DNA of 64,000 bases from Escherichia coli (GCA_005400705.1 GCA_005400705.1_4079.1), one strand, 5' to 3'. Counted from the stretch's first letter, positions 38,853 through 47,992 are shown. Translations and numbers: made by a program. Notes: generated by a model not told the origin, from the letters alone.

Positions 38853-39032
38853 ATGCAAGAATACTATATAGAACACATAAGCATTAAAGACCGTTTCATG
38901 TACGACACCTTCGTGAAGTACTACAACCTGGCAACTAACAGTACTAAAAATATTAATCTCAATAGCTGCATTCATCACGCACTAACAAAAGATAATCCCT
39001 TCAGGGAAATCCTCGCACTAGCATCTGTATAA
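38853..39032 (+). CDS. small protein, tandem family A
   Basis: 59 aa from ATG 38853 with RBS aagga. Confidence 0.45.
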   Translation: MQEYYIEHISIKDRFMYDTFVKYYNLATNSTKNINLNSCIHHALTKDNPFREILALASV

Positions 39033-39042
39033 AGGAAACCAA

Positions 39043-39702
39043 ATGAAACTTAATGCACACAGCAAACAATACCTTAAGCACTTTAAGTACCTCAACAGTA
39101 TTCAAGCAGAATCTATTACATCTGCATATACGTATCACCCTAATGTACTAAAGAAACGAAATAAAAAGAAAAAATCCAGAAATGTTCTCGTATCTAAGAA
39201 CCTCAAATCGTACTTGAAGAAAAATAATATAGCTCTTGCTTTTATTAATATCTATAATACTGATTTAAAAGTATTGAGTACTAATACCAGCACAAAAGCA
39301 CTAAAGAATGCATCTATCTATATACACATGGATAATATCCCGTGCACTATAATTCTATCTTTCGGGAATGTATACTTCTTCGGGAATTGTAATAGCACCC
39401 ATGATATCAGTACTGCACAATTCCAAATCGGCGATATGTACTGCATGGGTTCAGAAAAAATACACGATAACATGCACTTCTTCCAAAAGCAACGTACTAA
39501 CGAAACTGATACAGTACTGCAATTCCTCAAAGAATTACAAAACAAAGAATTATCCGAGGAAGAAGAATTCATGTACAGTACTGTAATCGATAATCCAGAA
39601 CTCTATAAAAACGCGTACAATCTAACAAAACATGTACAGGAACTTATCAGTACTGATAAGAAATTTCATCACCTCATTACGTATATTTCAAACTATGTAT
39701 AA
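39043..39702 (+). CDS. hypothetical protein
   Basis: 219 aa, RBS aaggaaa; interrupts family A array. Confidence 0.55.
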   Translation: MKLNAHSKQYLKHFKYLNSIQAESITSAYTYHPNVLKKRNKKKKSRNVLVSKNLKSYLKKNNIALAFINIYNTDLKVLSTNTSTKALKNASIYIHMDNIPCTIILSFGNVYFFGNCNSTHDISTAQFQIGDMYCMGSEKIHDNMHFFQKQRTNETDTVLQFLKELQNKELSEEEEFMYSTVIDNPELYKNAYNLTKHVQELISTDKKFHHLITYISNYV

Positions 39703-39877
39703 AGAATACTACAAAGATAAAATCCCAATGCATCTACAACACCATATACCAAACGTTGCATTGGGTATCAAAGATCACGCAAAGATAATGTTCCAACAAT
39801 GTACTAAGTACACGCTCATATACGATGATAATCCATATATGCTGTACTACGTAGTAATGCTAACATTCAGGTACTAA
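39695..39877 (+). CDS. small protein, tandem family A
   Basis: 60 aa from ATG 39695; MYKEYYKDKIP ... LTFRY. Confidence 0.45.
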   Translation: MYKEYYKDKIPMHLQHHIPNVALGIKDHAKIMFQQCTKYTLIYDDNPYMLYYVVMLTFRY

Positions 39878-39878
39878 T

Positions 39879-40058
39879 ATGAATACTTATAAAGAATTCT
39901 ACCTCTCGTACCTTAATTCCGATATAGTAACATCCAATACATTCAGTACTAAAATTATCTATAATGAATTAATGAAAGAATGTATTAAAGGTGCTATTAA
40001 CCCTAAAGATACGTATGACTTGTACTATGCAGTACTAACCCTTGTTTTCACGAAATAA
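39879..40058 (+). CDS. small protein, tandem family A
   Basis: 59 aa (below cutoff); TAATATG overlap. Confidence 0.4.
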   Translation: MNTYKEFYLSYLNSDIVTSNTFSTKIIYNELMKECIKGAINPKDTYDLYYAVLTLVFTK

Positions 40059-40066
40059 CACATAAT

Positions 40067-40258
40067 ATGAATAACCACAAAGAATACTACATAGAGAAAC
40101 TCCCAATGTATCTCCAACACCTTGTACCAACAGAACCATTGGGTATAGAAAAAAACTACGAAAAAGACTACTTCATTCAGTGCACTAAATCCTCGATATA
40201 TATTGAAGACTATAATCGAGTACTGTATCACATCCTTTTACTAATATATAGGTACTAA
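40067..40258 (+). CDS. small protein, tandem family A
   Basis: 63 aa; C-terminal LLLIYRY. Confidence 0.5.
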   Translation: MNNHKEYYIEKLPMYLQHLVPTEPLGIEKNYEKDYFIQCTKSSIYIEDYNRVLYHILLLIYRY

Positions 40259-40259
40259 T

Positions 40260-40442
40260 ATGCACAAAGAATACTACACACAATTTCTCCCCAGCATTTT
40301 TGAACACTACGCCAGATACAAAGTCCCTATGGATAACGATTTGGCAGTACTGGGATTCAATAACTGCATAGAACGAAGTATAGAAAATAGTAGTAGTTAT
40401 GACCAGCTATATAACACTATCCTACTTATATTCAGGTACTAA
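40260..40442 (+). CDS. small protein, tandem family A
   Basis: 60 aa; C-terminal ILLIFRY. Confidence 0.5.
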   Translation: MHKEYYTQFLPSIFEHYARYKVPMDNDLAVLGFNNCIERSIENSSSYDQLYNTILLIFRY

Positions 40443-40443
40443 T

Positions 40444-40629
40444 ATGCATAAAGAATACTACACACAATTTGTTAAAGGGAACTACAAACATGCCGTACCC
40501 AGAACCCCTTTAAATTCTCATGACCCAAGTACTATATTCTTGTTTAATGACGCAATACGTACAGTACTCAATACTAAAGATGAAGATGTGCAGTACGTAT
40601 TCTTACTATTACTTATATACAGACACTAA
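40444..40629 (+). CDS. small protein, tandem family A
   Basis: 61 aa from ATG 40444; C-terminal LLLLIYRH. Confidence 0.45.
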   Translation: MHKEYYTQFVKGNYKHAVPRTPLNSHDPSTIFLFNDAIRTVLNTKDEDVQYVFLLLLIYRH

Positions 40630-40634
40630 CTAAT

Positions 40635-40844
40635 ATGAATAAAGAACATAAAGAATTCTACTCCAAATACATAAGCCCCTCAGAACAAATGTTTCTAAGG
40701 ACTACTCCACCTTTAAGTACTAATACATTTTTCGGCAGAGTATGCTACAATAATTGTATTCAAATGACTTTAAACGCAAACGAAGATGGTAACAGTACTA
40801 ACCTGTACTCAGGTATCATAGGTATACTATTCCTGTATGAATAA
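40635..40844 (+). CDS. small protein, tandem family A
   Basis: 69 aa. Confidence 0.45.
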   Translation: MNKEHKEFYSKYISPSEQMFLRTTPPLSTNTFFGRVCYNNCIQMTLNANEDGNSTNLYSGIIGILFLYE

Positions 40845-41025
40845 TTACAAAGACTTCTATTTGAATACACTACCTACTGTACTTTCTCTAAGTGCTCAAT
40901 GTAAAATCCCGCTGGATAATGCTTACGCCAGATATAGCTATTCCATAACTGTTAATCGATGTATAGAGAATCATTGCAGTACTAACCAGTACTATAACAT
41001 AATCCTACTTATATTCAGGTACTAA
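40837..41025 (+). CDS. small protein, tandem family A
   Basis: 62 aa; C-terminal ILLIFRY. Confidence 0.5.
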   Translation: MNNYKDFYLNTLPTVLSLSAQCKIPLDNAYARYSYSITVNRCIENHCSTNQYYNIILLIFRY

Positions 41026-41026
41026 T

Positions 41027-41209
41027 ATGAATAAAGAACATAAAGAATTCTATATACGAAAACTAACATTCGTCCCCGTAAGAATATATAAAGAATGCGA
41101 CCCAAGATTATACCTATGGCACTTCAATGAGTGCATAAAAGATTCTATATACCATAAGAACTATAAAGAACAATTGTGCTCAGTACTAACACTAGTACTA
41201 TCATATTAA
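41027..41209 (+). CDS. small protein, tandem family A
   Basis: 60 aa. Confidence 0.45.
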   Translation: MNKEHKEFYIRKLTFVPVRIYKECDPRLYLWHFNECIKDSIYHKNYKEQLCSVLTLVLSY

Positions 41210-41224
41210 TTAATAGAGAATACT

Positions 41225-41416
41225 ATGTATAAAAACTTCTATATAAGTAAACTAAAAGAAAATGAACAAGTATGGATTAGATCTATAATTCCACTGGCAT
41301 TTAATAGATATGCATTTAACAGATGTACCGAGATTGCTATAGACCCTTATAATATTAAAGAGAATGTACAGTATAATCAGTACTACTATATCTTAATGCT
41401 TATATATAGAAAGTAA
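41225..41416 (+). CDS. small protein, tandem family A
   Basis: 63 aa; C-terminal ILMLIYRK. Confidence 0.45.
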   Translation: MYKNFYISKLKENEQVWIRSIIPLAFNRYAFNRCTEIAIDPYNIKENVQYNQYYYILMLIYRK

Positions 41417-42054
41417 TTAAACACAAGTAGACAGGGGAAGCTCCTAGTGAACAACCTTTATGTACAGGCGAATTGTTAAAATTCAGCCTGGACAAATGCG
41501 ATCACTAGGATTCTCCCCAGGCTAAACCCCGTAATCATAGGTAGTCATAAGTAATCATATATAAACATTTATATGAGCACCGTAGAATCACAGAATGATT
41601 ATATATGATTCAGTACTGATTAGTATAGACAAGATTGCTCAAGAATGCACGGAAATGTGTGTGAATGATTCAGTACTGATATCCCACTAAGTAGGCAGAG
41701 GAAGTCTGCCGTACTTTTTAGTTTCCAAGCTCCTTTTCCATTTTTCAAATTACATCAAATGTAATCAAAAGTAATCACGCAATGATTAGTACTGAATTAT
41801 TACTTTCACCTTAATTACAATTACCCTTTTACCCTTCGGGGTAAAATTCCATTACCCCTTGAGGCTCCAGCAAAAAGTTGGTTAGTACTCCATCCTAAAT
41901 CTCGATCCTAAAAATTTTGGAGTACCTATGAAATAAAAGTTGGATCTTCGAAAGTTGAAATTTACGTTGGGACGTTTATGATTTGTGGGATATAATGATG
42001 TTTGTAGTCGGGTAGTTCTCAAGAATATCAGTACTGAATGATGAAAGAAAGCTA

Positions 42055-42082
42055 TTGACTTTATGATTCAGTACTGTATAAT
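42055..42082 (+). promoter_or_regulatory. orphan promoter TTGACT-16-TATAAT with no ORF downstream
   Basis: ttgact 42055-42060, tataat 42077-42082, followed by gttttacat as in the PeSL-type promoters. Confidence 0.5.
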
Positions 42083-42088
42083 GTTTTA

Positions 42089-42200
42089 CATAGAGAGATG
42101 AGTTGCCGCAAACAATTCATTCACTCTACTTCCTGTCGTGAGACAGTACAGAAAGATAGTTCCTCCTATGGGTGGTACATCTTTTAGAACCTCTTTTTTC
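42089..42200 (+). ncRNA. candidate small RNA
   Basis: About 110 nt from the orphan promoter to the T-run ctcttttttc at 42191-42200, no ORF. Confidence 0.25.
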
Positions 42201-42410
42201 GTAATATGAACAGTACTGATATTAACAGAATGGTGTCAGTACTGATTTTAATTTAATGCATTATGCCACCAGCACAAGCTGGTGGATTCCCTCTAACAGT
42301 ATTCAGTACTACATGATGGTCTTCATCCTCCTAGGGTAACATAGTGAGGGCTATGATGGCAGTACTGAATACTCCCTTTCAAAAGATAGATCTATGGTAT
42401 AGTACTGACG

Positions 42411-42600
42411 GATTTTGGGCGTAGTTACCCTGGATGGATTTTGGACGTAGATATGTCTAGCCCTCCAGAAGTCTGGAAGTAAAGATGGCTATCCATCTAG
42501 ACGGCTAAACGGCTAGATTTCTGGATGGCTGGATGGCTAGACGTTTGGACGGCTAAACGGCTAGATGGTTACACGTCTGGAAGTATAGACGGCTAAATCA
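42411..42600. repeat. iteron-like direct repeats
   Basis: gacggctaaacggctagat twice (42500-42518, 42548-42566); ggatggct three times; gtctggaagta twice; gattttgg(g/a)cgtag twice. Confidence 0.6.
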
Positions 42601-43337
42601 AAATTTTATTTTGTTTTTTCCAATAGTTCCCCTACCGCGTGGGGATAGTTTCCCCGCAGTATCTGGAGTTAGATTTTTCTGAATCTGGAATCATTATCTT
42701 ATAAACTGGGGGCAATGTCAACCGCCTGGACGGATATTTTTAAAAATTTTTTCAGTACTGAATTTTGGGCGTAACTATGCACCCGGTGGGCTTGAGTCTT
42801 TCTCGACTTGATGGAACTATTATACAGTACTGGAAAAATAAAGCAATACCCTGGAAGCAAAAAAGTTTTAATTAATTTGCTTGCTATCCTGGGCCGGACT
42901 ATGGTACTATATTTCAGTACTGAGAAAGTGCGTTTACCTGCTAGGGTGCGGGAGTGTATCCTTTTTTTATATCTTGAATTTTGGGCGTAATTCCGCACCC
43001 TCTGGGGTTTCCGCTTTCTCGCGTCTATGTAGTAATTATACGCTTTTTCAGGATCAAGTCAATACCTAAAAACAAAATAATTGAAAATAATTTAACGCGT
43101 TTAAACGGCCCGTAAAGCCCTGGAATGATTGGAATGGTGCAAATGTATAGCTTAGGTGTATTAATGCGTTAGAATGCGTCTGAGGCCGTTTTACGGGGTA
43201 TAGGGATGATTTGGTGGATTGATTCAGTACTGAATGATAGTACTACTATATAGAAAGATAGTTCCCCTGAATGGTTGCAGTACTGAATGATAGTTCCCCT
43301 ATATAGAAAGAAAACTATTTTAAAAGTATTTGTAGAA

Positions 43338-43402
43338 AGTACTTGCAAACTAAGTTTAACGGCGTATAATGTTTTACATCGAGAGCGGGAACACTTCCCG
43401 CT
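43338..43402 (+). promoter_or_regulatory. PeSL-like cassette (promoter AGTACTTGCAAAC..TATAAT, stem-loop GCGGGAA-CAC-TTCCCGC)
   Basis: tataat 43365-43370 within gtataatgttttacatc; hairpin 43385-43401. Confidence 0.6.
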
Positions 43403-43425
43403 ACATATTACGAGAGATTAAAACG

Positions 43426-43788
43426 ATGGCGACTCAAATCACTAAAATTATTGCTAACCTGGTTAACTTTCGCGACGAGATGAAAGATCTTCCGGCAGAA
43501 ACGGTAAAAATTCACATTTCAGCTTATCGGGAACTTATTGCAATGTTACCGCTTAAGCGTGAACAATACGCCGCGACCGTGATGCTTGATGCGATGATCC
43601 ATAAGATGATCGCCAGTGATTTAACGATGGTTTATCAGTATATGGGCGAAAATTTCGCGGTGTATAGTAAACCAGTACCAGGAATGGAAAGTACAGAAGT
43701 ATTACACGGTTTAAATTTAAAACAAGATGCATGGGATAATATGCCTCGTTTCCTGGTATGGGCTGACAGTGGCAAGATTTACGAATAA
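43426..43788 (+). CDS. hypothetical protein
   Basis: 120 aa from ATG 43426 downstream of the cassette hairpin; ORF-track start 43369 is the ATG inside tataATGtttt. Confidence 0.55.
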   Translation: MATQITKIIANLVNFRDEMKDLPAETVKIHISAYRELIAMLPLKREQYAATVMLDAMIHKMIASDLTMVYQYMGENFAVYSKPVPGMESTEVLHGLNLKQDAWDNMPRFLVWADSGKIYE

Positions 43789-43797
43789 GTTTTAGAA

Positions 43798-43860
43798 AGT
43801 ACTTGCAAACTAAGTTTAAAAGCGTATAATGTTTTACATCAGGTGGGGAATAGTTCCCCA
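43798..43860 (+). promoter_or_regulatory. PeSL-like cassette
   Basis: agtacttgcaaactaagtttaaaagcgtataat then hairpin tggggaa-tag-ttcccca 43844-43860. Confidence 0.6.
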
Positions 43861-43881
43861 CTATATAAGAGGATTAAAAAA

Positions 43882-44121
43882 ATGGCTAAATCAAAAATGT
43901 TCTTAGGTCACAAAAACAAAACTCATTGGAATGTAAGCCTTTGGATTAATAACGATGAGTCATTGTACCGGTTGGCCCAGGACTTTATTAACGATAGCAC
44001 TAATCGCAATGATGCGGCCCGTCATATGATGTTATTTTTAGAACAGACTGGACAAGATAAAACACCGGACGGATTCAAATATAGCACTACTGCGATCCGT
44101 GCGGCGATGGTTGGAATGTAA
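43882..44121 (+). CDS. hypothetical protein
   Basis: 79 aa from ATG 43882, RBS gagga. Confidence 0.55.
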   Translation: MAKSKMFLGHKNKTHWNVSLWINNDESLYRLAQDFINDSTNRNDAARHMMLFLEQTGQDKTPDGFKYSTTAIRAAMVGM

Positions 44122-44136
44122 TAGAATATATTTAAA

Positions 44137-44170
44137 GTACTATCGCAAAAAATGATAGTACTTTATAATA
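44137..44170 (+). promoter_or_regulatory. promoter with upstream palindrome AGTACTATC...GATAGTACT
   Basis: Palindrome 44137-44163, tataat 44165-44170; same design at 55759-55794. Confidence 0.5.
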
Positions 44171-44206
44171 GTGTTTTATTCATACACAAACGATAAGGGC
44201 AACAGC

Positions 44207-44473
44207 ATGAATATTAAGTATTTTGCGACGCGTGAACAAGCTCGGATCGCCGCACGCCAGGACGGGGCAACGTTTAAAGATATGGGCGTACAATCGGAAC
44301 GTGGTAAACGTTGGGCCATTATAAAGCGTAGTACCGCCAGATCATTACAGTACTGGTTAGCGGCGTTAAAAAGTCCTGATAGTGTATCGCGTCGAGTGGT
44401 AGAAATAAAGCTCGACCGAAAGGGCAACCGCGTGACCGTGTACCGTACTAAAAAGATAGCAGTACTTGAATAA
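44207..44473 (+). CDS. hypothetical protein (paralog of 55839 product)
   Basis: 88 aa; FATREQARIAARQDGATFKDMG ... DRKGNRVTVY shared with the 55839-56234 product. Confidence 0.55.
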   Translation: MNIKYFATREQARIAARQDGATFKDMGVQSERGKRWAIIKRSTARSLQYWLAALKSPDSVSRRVVEIKLDRKGNRVTVYRTKKIAVLE

Positions 44474-44474
44474 A

Positions 44475-44538
44475 AGTACTTGCATACTATGTTTAAAGGC
44501 GTATAATGTTTTACATCGAGAGCGGGAACACTTCCCGC
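44475..44538 (+). promoter_or_regulatory. PeSL-like cassette
   Basis: aaagtacttgcatactatgtttaaaggcgtataat, hairpin gcgggaacacttcccgc 44522-44538. Confidence 0.6.
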
Positions 44539-44559
44539 CTATAACCTGGAGTAATAAAA

Positions 44560-44790
44560 ATGACTAATATGTATATGACTGAAGTTAAAACTGTAAAAGA
44601 TACTACCACGAATAAAACTACTTACTTACAGCGGATCTGTGGTGTCTGGCAACGTATCAGCAAAATAAAGTACTATAAATTGACATCACATGCTAACCGT
44701 TCGGATTCATTCAGTACTGAAATAAAAGGTAATAAAGTACACCAATACGGCACTTATTATTATTATAGCCTGGATGCGATTGCAGTATAA
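44560..44790 (+). CDS. hypothetical protein
   Basis: 76 aa, RBS ggag. Confidence 0.55.
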   Translation: MTNMYMTEVKTVKDTTTNKTTYLQRICGVWQRISKIKYYKLTSHANRSDSFSTEIKGNKVHQYGTYYYYSLDAIAV

Positions 44791-44820
44791 GCAGTTTACA
44801 AATCTTTACAATTGCCGGTA

Positions 44821-44849
44821 TTGACTTATTTTGTCAGTACTGGCATAAT
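44821..44849 (+). promoter_or_regulatory. promoter TTGACT-17-CATAAT (AGTACTGG class)
   Basis: ttgact 44821-44826, agtactggcataat. Confidence 0.45.
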
Positions 44850-45032
44850 GTATTCATTGGCAGATAAGCCGTAGCCCATAGGGTGCGGGAGTGTATCTAT
44901 AGAAAAAGTAGTTTATTACAGTTACAATTGTGCACCCGGTGGGTTAGCTGTTGTCATGGGGTATATTATACCAGTACTGGATAGTGCTGTCAATACCTTT
45001 TTACTATTCAGTACTGAAAACTATTTTTAAAA

Positions 45033-45065
45033 AGTACTTGCAAACTATGTTTAAAGGCGTATAAT
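45033..45065 (+). promoter_or_regulatory. PeSL-type promoter driving the structured element
   Basis: agtacttgcaaactatgtttaaaggcgtataat. Confidence 0.55.
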
Positions 45066-45150
45066 GTTTTACATCAGGACGGGGAACGAAATAAGTAACT
45101 TCCCGTTAAGTAGCCCAGGAGTAAGGCACACGAAAAACTCCCCTGATAAA
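45066..45150 (+). ncRNA. candidate structured small RNA, copy A (identical copy at 54907-54990)
   Basis: No ORF; closing helix atcagg...cctgat and inner hairpin acgggga...ttcccgt; about 100 nt identical in both copies. Confidence 0.35.
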
Positions 45151-45155
45151 ATAGT

Positions 45156-45183
45156 TTGACAAATGTTTTTAAAAGCGTATAAT
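45156..45183 (+). promoter_or_regulatory. sigma70-type promoter TTGACA-16-TATAAT
   Basis: ttgaca 45156-45161, tataat 45178-45183. Confidence 0.55.
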
Positions 45184-45215
45184 ACTTACATCAACTACTG
45201 AATGAGGGTTACAAA

Positions 45216-45827
45216 ATGAAAACTATCACTACTACTACTTTCGTTATGGCTTTTTCTGAATTGAACGCAGAACAACAAACGTCAGCTATCGAACTGGTTC
45301 GGGATCGGGAACGTTCAAGCGGTGATGATTTCTTTTCTGAGTCAGTGATCGAGTACTATAAAGAAACAGTACTACCAGAATATGGAATTGATGACGCTGA
45401 TTTGCAATTCAGTGGTTTTTGGTCGCAGGGTGACGGTGCATCAATCAGTACTGACCACGTTGACGCTGTGAAGTTTTTACGCAAGATTAAAGCATTAACT
45501 AAGTATCGTTCTATCCGTCACCTGCTGAATGAAGATGATTTGGCGATGAGTGTAAAGCGTTCTCACTCCCACTACTCGCATGAAAACACTGTAAGCGGGT
45601 ACATTGAATCGGGGTACACTGATTTAACCGCAAAACAAGAAACGTTAGTTAATGAGCTTGAGGAACTACTCACTGAAACTATTCGTGAATTATCCCGCAA
45701 GTTGTACCGTGATTTAGAGAATGCATATGAGGATCAATTCACTACTGAAAACATTACGGCACTGATTGAGGGTAACGAATATCAATTCAATGTTATTGAT
45801 GGCGTAGTAGAATCTATCGAATATTAA
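45216..45827 (+). CDS. hypothetical acidic protein
   Basis: 203 aa, RBS gagggt. Confidence 0.6.
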   Translation: MKTITTTTFVMAFSELNAEQQTSAIELVRDRERSSGDDFFSESVIEYYKETVLPEYGIDDADLQFSGFWSQGDGASISTDHVDAVKFLRKIKALTKYRSIRHLLNEDDLAMSVKRSHSHYSHENTVSGYIESGYTDLTAKQETLVNELEELLTETIRELSRKLYRDLENAYEDQFTTENITALIEGNEYQFNVIDGVVESIEY

Positions 45828-45883
45828 TTCAGTACTGAATCAATGGCGGGAGTGGTTCCCGCCTATAACCAGGAGTAAGCATC

Positions 45884-46117
45884 ATGATCGAACAAATTCA
45901 AACGACCACAAGCCGGAGCGGAACGAAAGTACATTACATCGCTGATACTGATAAAGGTGTACCCTATTGTGCTGTACACGTAAATACTGACGGTGACTAT
46001 TGGTTAACTGTATACGGGCGTTACTCGTTTGCTTTTAGTGCACATTGTAAGATCCTGGAAGTAGTGAAGCCTACCGGTAAGAATATCACGCCGGGAAAAT
46101 GTTTTACTAAGCACTAA
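45884..46117 (+). CDS. hypothetical protein (paralog of 47039 product)
   Basis: 77 aa; GVPYCAVHVNT.G.YW.TVYG.YSF ... PTGKNIT shared with 47039. Confidence 0.6.
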   Translation: MIEQIQTTTSRSGTKVHYIADTDKGVPYCAVHVNTDGDYWLTVYGRYSFAFSAHCKILEVVKPTGKNITPGKCFTKH

Positions 46118-46118
46118 A

Positions 46119-46185
46119 AAGTACTTGCATACTAAGTTTAAAAGCGTATAATACTTTATATCGAGGCGGGGGAATGGTTCCCGCC
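46119..46185 (+). promoter_or_regulatory. PeSL-like cassette
   Basis: aaagtacttgcatactaagtttaaaagcgtataat, hairpin ggcggggg-aatgg-ttcccgcc. Confidence 0.6.
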
Positions 46186-46203
46186 TTTACTGAGGATTAT
46201 CTA

Positions 46204-46491
46204 ATGAGCAAAGTAATTAACTATACAGTACTAAGCAAGTCATTATCTATTAGCCAGTGCACCGATGGTTTTTGGCTGTACGATGAAACGCGTGGCATGA
46301 ATTTAGCTATGCGGGAGAAAACTGCTGAGGCGGCGTATTTACAAGCCCTGGAATACTACCAGGAACGTTTAAAGGAAGTAGAAAACAATTATCAAAATTT
46401 AAAAGAGAAAGTAGATAATTTCGTTTGTCAATTCGTTGACGATGACGAGGAAGACGGGCACTACTGCAACCGTTGCGGATCTTACAATTAA
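46204..46491 (+). CDS. hypothetical protein
   Basis: 95 aa from ATG 46204; C-terminal CNRCGSYN. Confidence 0.5.
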   Translation: MSKVINYTVLSKSLSISQCTDGFWLYDETRGMNLAMREKTAEAAYLQALEYYQERLKEVENNYQNLKEKVDNFVCQFVDDDEEDGHYCNRCGSYN

Positions 46492-46554
46492 GTACTTGCA
46501 ATTAGTTTTCAGTACTGTATAATGGTTTACATCAAAGGGAGAAATGGTTCTCCC
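46491..46554 (+). promoter_or_regulatory. PeSL-like cassette
   Basis: agtacttgcaattagttttcagtactgtataat, hairpin gggaga-aatggt-tctccc. Confidence 0.6.
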
Positions 46555-46573
46555 TGGTAATGAGGAAAATAAA

Positions 46574-46795
46574 ATGGCTAATATCACTACTCTTTCCCAA
46601 CTGGAAGCACTGGTTAAATCTATGCGGGAACATGCCGACAAAATCGGCGTACAAGATCCAGCCGTTTGCTTCTGCGACGAATTGAATGATGATACCCTGG
46701 TAATAGCAGAAGTCCAGGACGTTTCTAACTATTCCTCGCGTTACACTGGCGGCGTAGCAAATAAAGGTGACTTCTGTTTATACCTTACAAAATAA
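46574..46795 (+). CDS. hypothetical protein
   Basis: 73 aa from ATG 46574, RBS gagga. Confidence 0.55.
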   Translation: MANITTLSQLEALVKSMREHADKIGVQDPAVCFCDELNDDTLVIAEVQDVSNYSSRYTGGVANKGDFCLYLTK

Positions 46796-46798
46796 CAA

Positions 46799-46836
46799 CG
46801 CGGGGAGATAATAACTCCCCGTTACTTTTTCAGTAC
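46799..46836 (+). terminator. intrinsic terminator
   Basis: cgcggggag-ataataa-ctccccg then ttacttttt. Confidence 0.6.
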
Positions 46837-46958
46837 TGAATCATTTAATAGACGGATCTCGGCACCCGGTGGGTTAGTGACTGTTTCGTCTTGATGTAGT
46901 AATTATGCCAGTACTGGATGCACTTGTCAACAATTATTTTTCAAATACTTTTTATTAA

Positions 46959-47017
46959 AATACTTGCAATTAGTTTTTAAACGCGTATAATGTTTTGCAT
47001 AGGGGGAGCGGTTCCCC
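46959..47017 (+). promoter_or_regulatory. PeSL-like cassette
   Basis: tacttgcaattagtttttaaacgcgtataat, hairpin gggga-gcggt-tcccc. Confidence 0.55.
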
Positions 47018-47038
47018 TGGTAACTAAGGAATAATAAA

Positions 47039-47275
47039 ATGCTTGAACAAATCAAATCAACGTCTTCGAATGTAACGGGAACGGTAGCACACTTTACTAG
47101 TGATGAATCGCGGGGCGTTCCCTATTGTGCTGTACATGTAAACACTGAGGGTAACTACTGGTTTACGGTTTACGGTTCATATTCATTTGGACGGCCAGGG
47201 CATCAAAAAATTCTGGATAAAGTACAGCCAACGGGTAAAAATATCACTGCTGAAATGTTTTATAAAAAATCATAA
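47039..47275 (+). CDS. hypothetical protein (paralog of 45884 product)
   Basis: 78 aa, RBS aagga. Confidence 0.6.
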   Translation: MLEQIKSTSSNVTGTVAHFTSDESRGVPYCAVHVNTEGNYWFTVYGSYSFGRPGHQKILDKVQPTGKNITAEMFYKKS

Positions 47276-47276
47276 A

Positions 47277-47339
47277 GTACTTGCAATTAGTTTTTAGTAC
47301 TGTATAATATTTTACATCGCAAGGGGGAGCGGTTCCCCC
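47277..47339 (+). promoter_or_regulatory. PeSL-like cassette
   Basis: aagtacttgcaattagtttttagtactgtataat, hairpin ggggga-gcggt-tccccc. Confidence 0.6.
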
Positions 47340-47359
47340 TGGTAACTAAGGATAATCAA

Positions 47360-47659
47360 ATGAAAATTGCAATCATCGCCCTGGCTTTATCTGTTTCCTC
47401 TTTCGCTGTTAATGCGTCATTAGATGTAAGTAGTGAAAAATTCATTCAGTGCACTGTTGCAATGACCGATGAAAGTACTGGCGAGATTGTTTTAAAGGAT
47501 TTAGAGATCCAGCCCGAAGCATTTAAAAACGGGCCGTTCCATGAAGAAGACGAAAAAGGTAGCACGACAATTTATTACGATGCAAGTACTAAACGCGGTT
47601 CGGTCACTGTTATGGATACTGAGAAAGTAACTCATACTGGCGTTATTAATTGCCGTTGA
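47360..47659 (+). CDS. secreted protein (signal peptide)
   Basis: 99 aa, signal peptide MKIAIIALALSVSSFAVNA. Confidence 0.55.
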   Translation: MKIAIIALALSVSSFAVNASLDVSSEKFIQCTVAMTDESTGEIVLKDLEIQPEAFKNGPFHEEDEKGSTTIYYDASTKRGSVTVMDTEKVTHTGVINCR

Positions 47660-47680
47660 TAGATACTACGGGGTAACATC

Positions 47681-47911
47681 ATGACTAAGCGAATTGTTTT
47701 ACTTAACGAAAGCAGTACTACACAACTACTTAACGCCGTGCATTATGATATTGAAACGAGCGTTAATCTTATCAGTACTGTAGTACTGTTGGACACTGGA
47801 AAGGTCGCCAATGATAAAGCGATTGCAGGTATACTAACGGATCTTGAGCCTGGTAGCAGTGCACCAATAACGTTAAATGGTAAAGTGTTTAATATTTTAC
47901 TCACTGATTAA
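47681..47911 (+). CDS. hypothetical protein
   Basis: 76 aa. Confidence 0.5.
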   Translation: MTKRIVLLNESSTTQLLNAVHYDIETSVNLISTVVLLDTGKVANDKAIAGILTDLEPGSSAPITLNGKVFNILLTD

Positions 47912-47917
47912 GTACAT

Positions 47918-47941
47918 AGCCCACCTGGTGGGCTTTTTTGT
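47918..47941 (+). terminator. intrinsic terminator
   Basis: agcccacc-t-ggtgggct then T6. Confidence 0.7.
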
Positions 47942-47992
47942 TTTTGTAGTATCGTAGTACTGAGATACTTTGAAAATAGTTTTAAAAAATAG

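Larger units (their letters stand above)
41417..43337. other. ORF-free regulatory or non-coding hub
   Basis: About 1.9 kb with no credible ORF, at least 17 copies of (T)CAGTACTG(A), several hairpins (e.g. ttttaccc-ttcg-gggtaaaa), direct repeats at 42411-42600. Confidence 0.5.

Noticed and set aside
42699-43069. ORFs 42699-42998 (minus), 42808-42990 and 42881-43069 in the ORF-free hub
   Set aside because: They overlap each other, span repeats and hairpins, and have no RBS or recognisable coding character.
41417-43368. tRNA genes in the ORF-free region
   Set aside because: No cloverleaf-compatible sequence or T-loop GTTC(G/A)A(A/T)TC motif found by eye. A tRNAscan run is still advisable.
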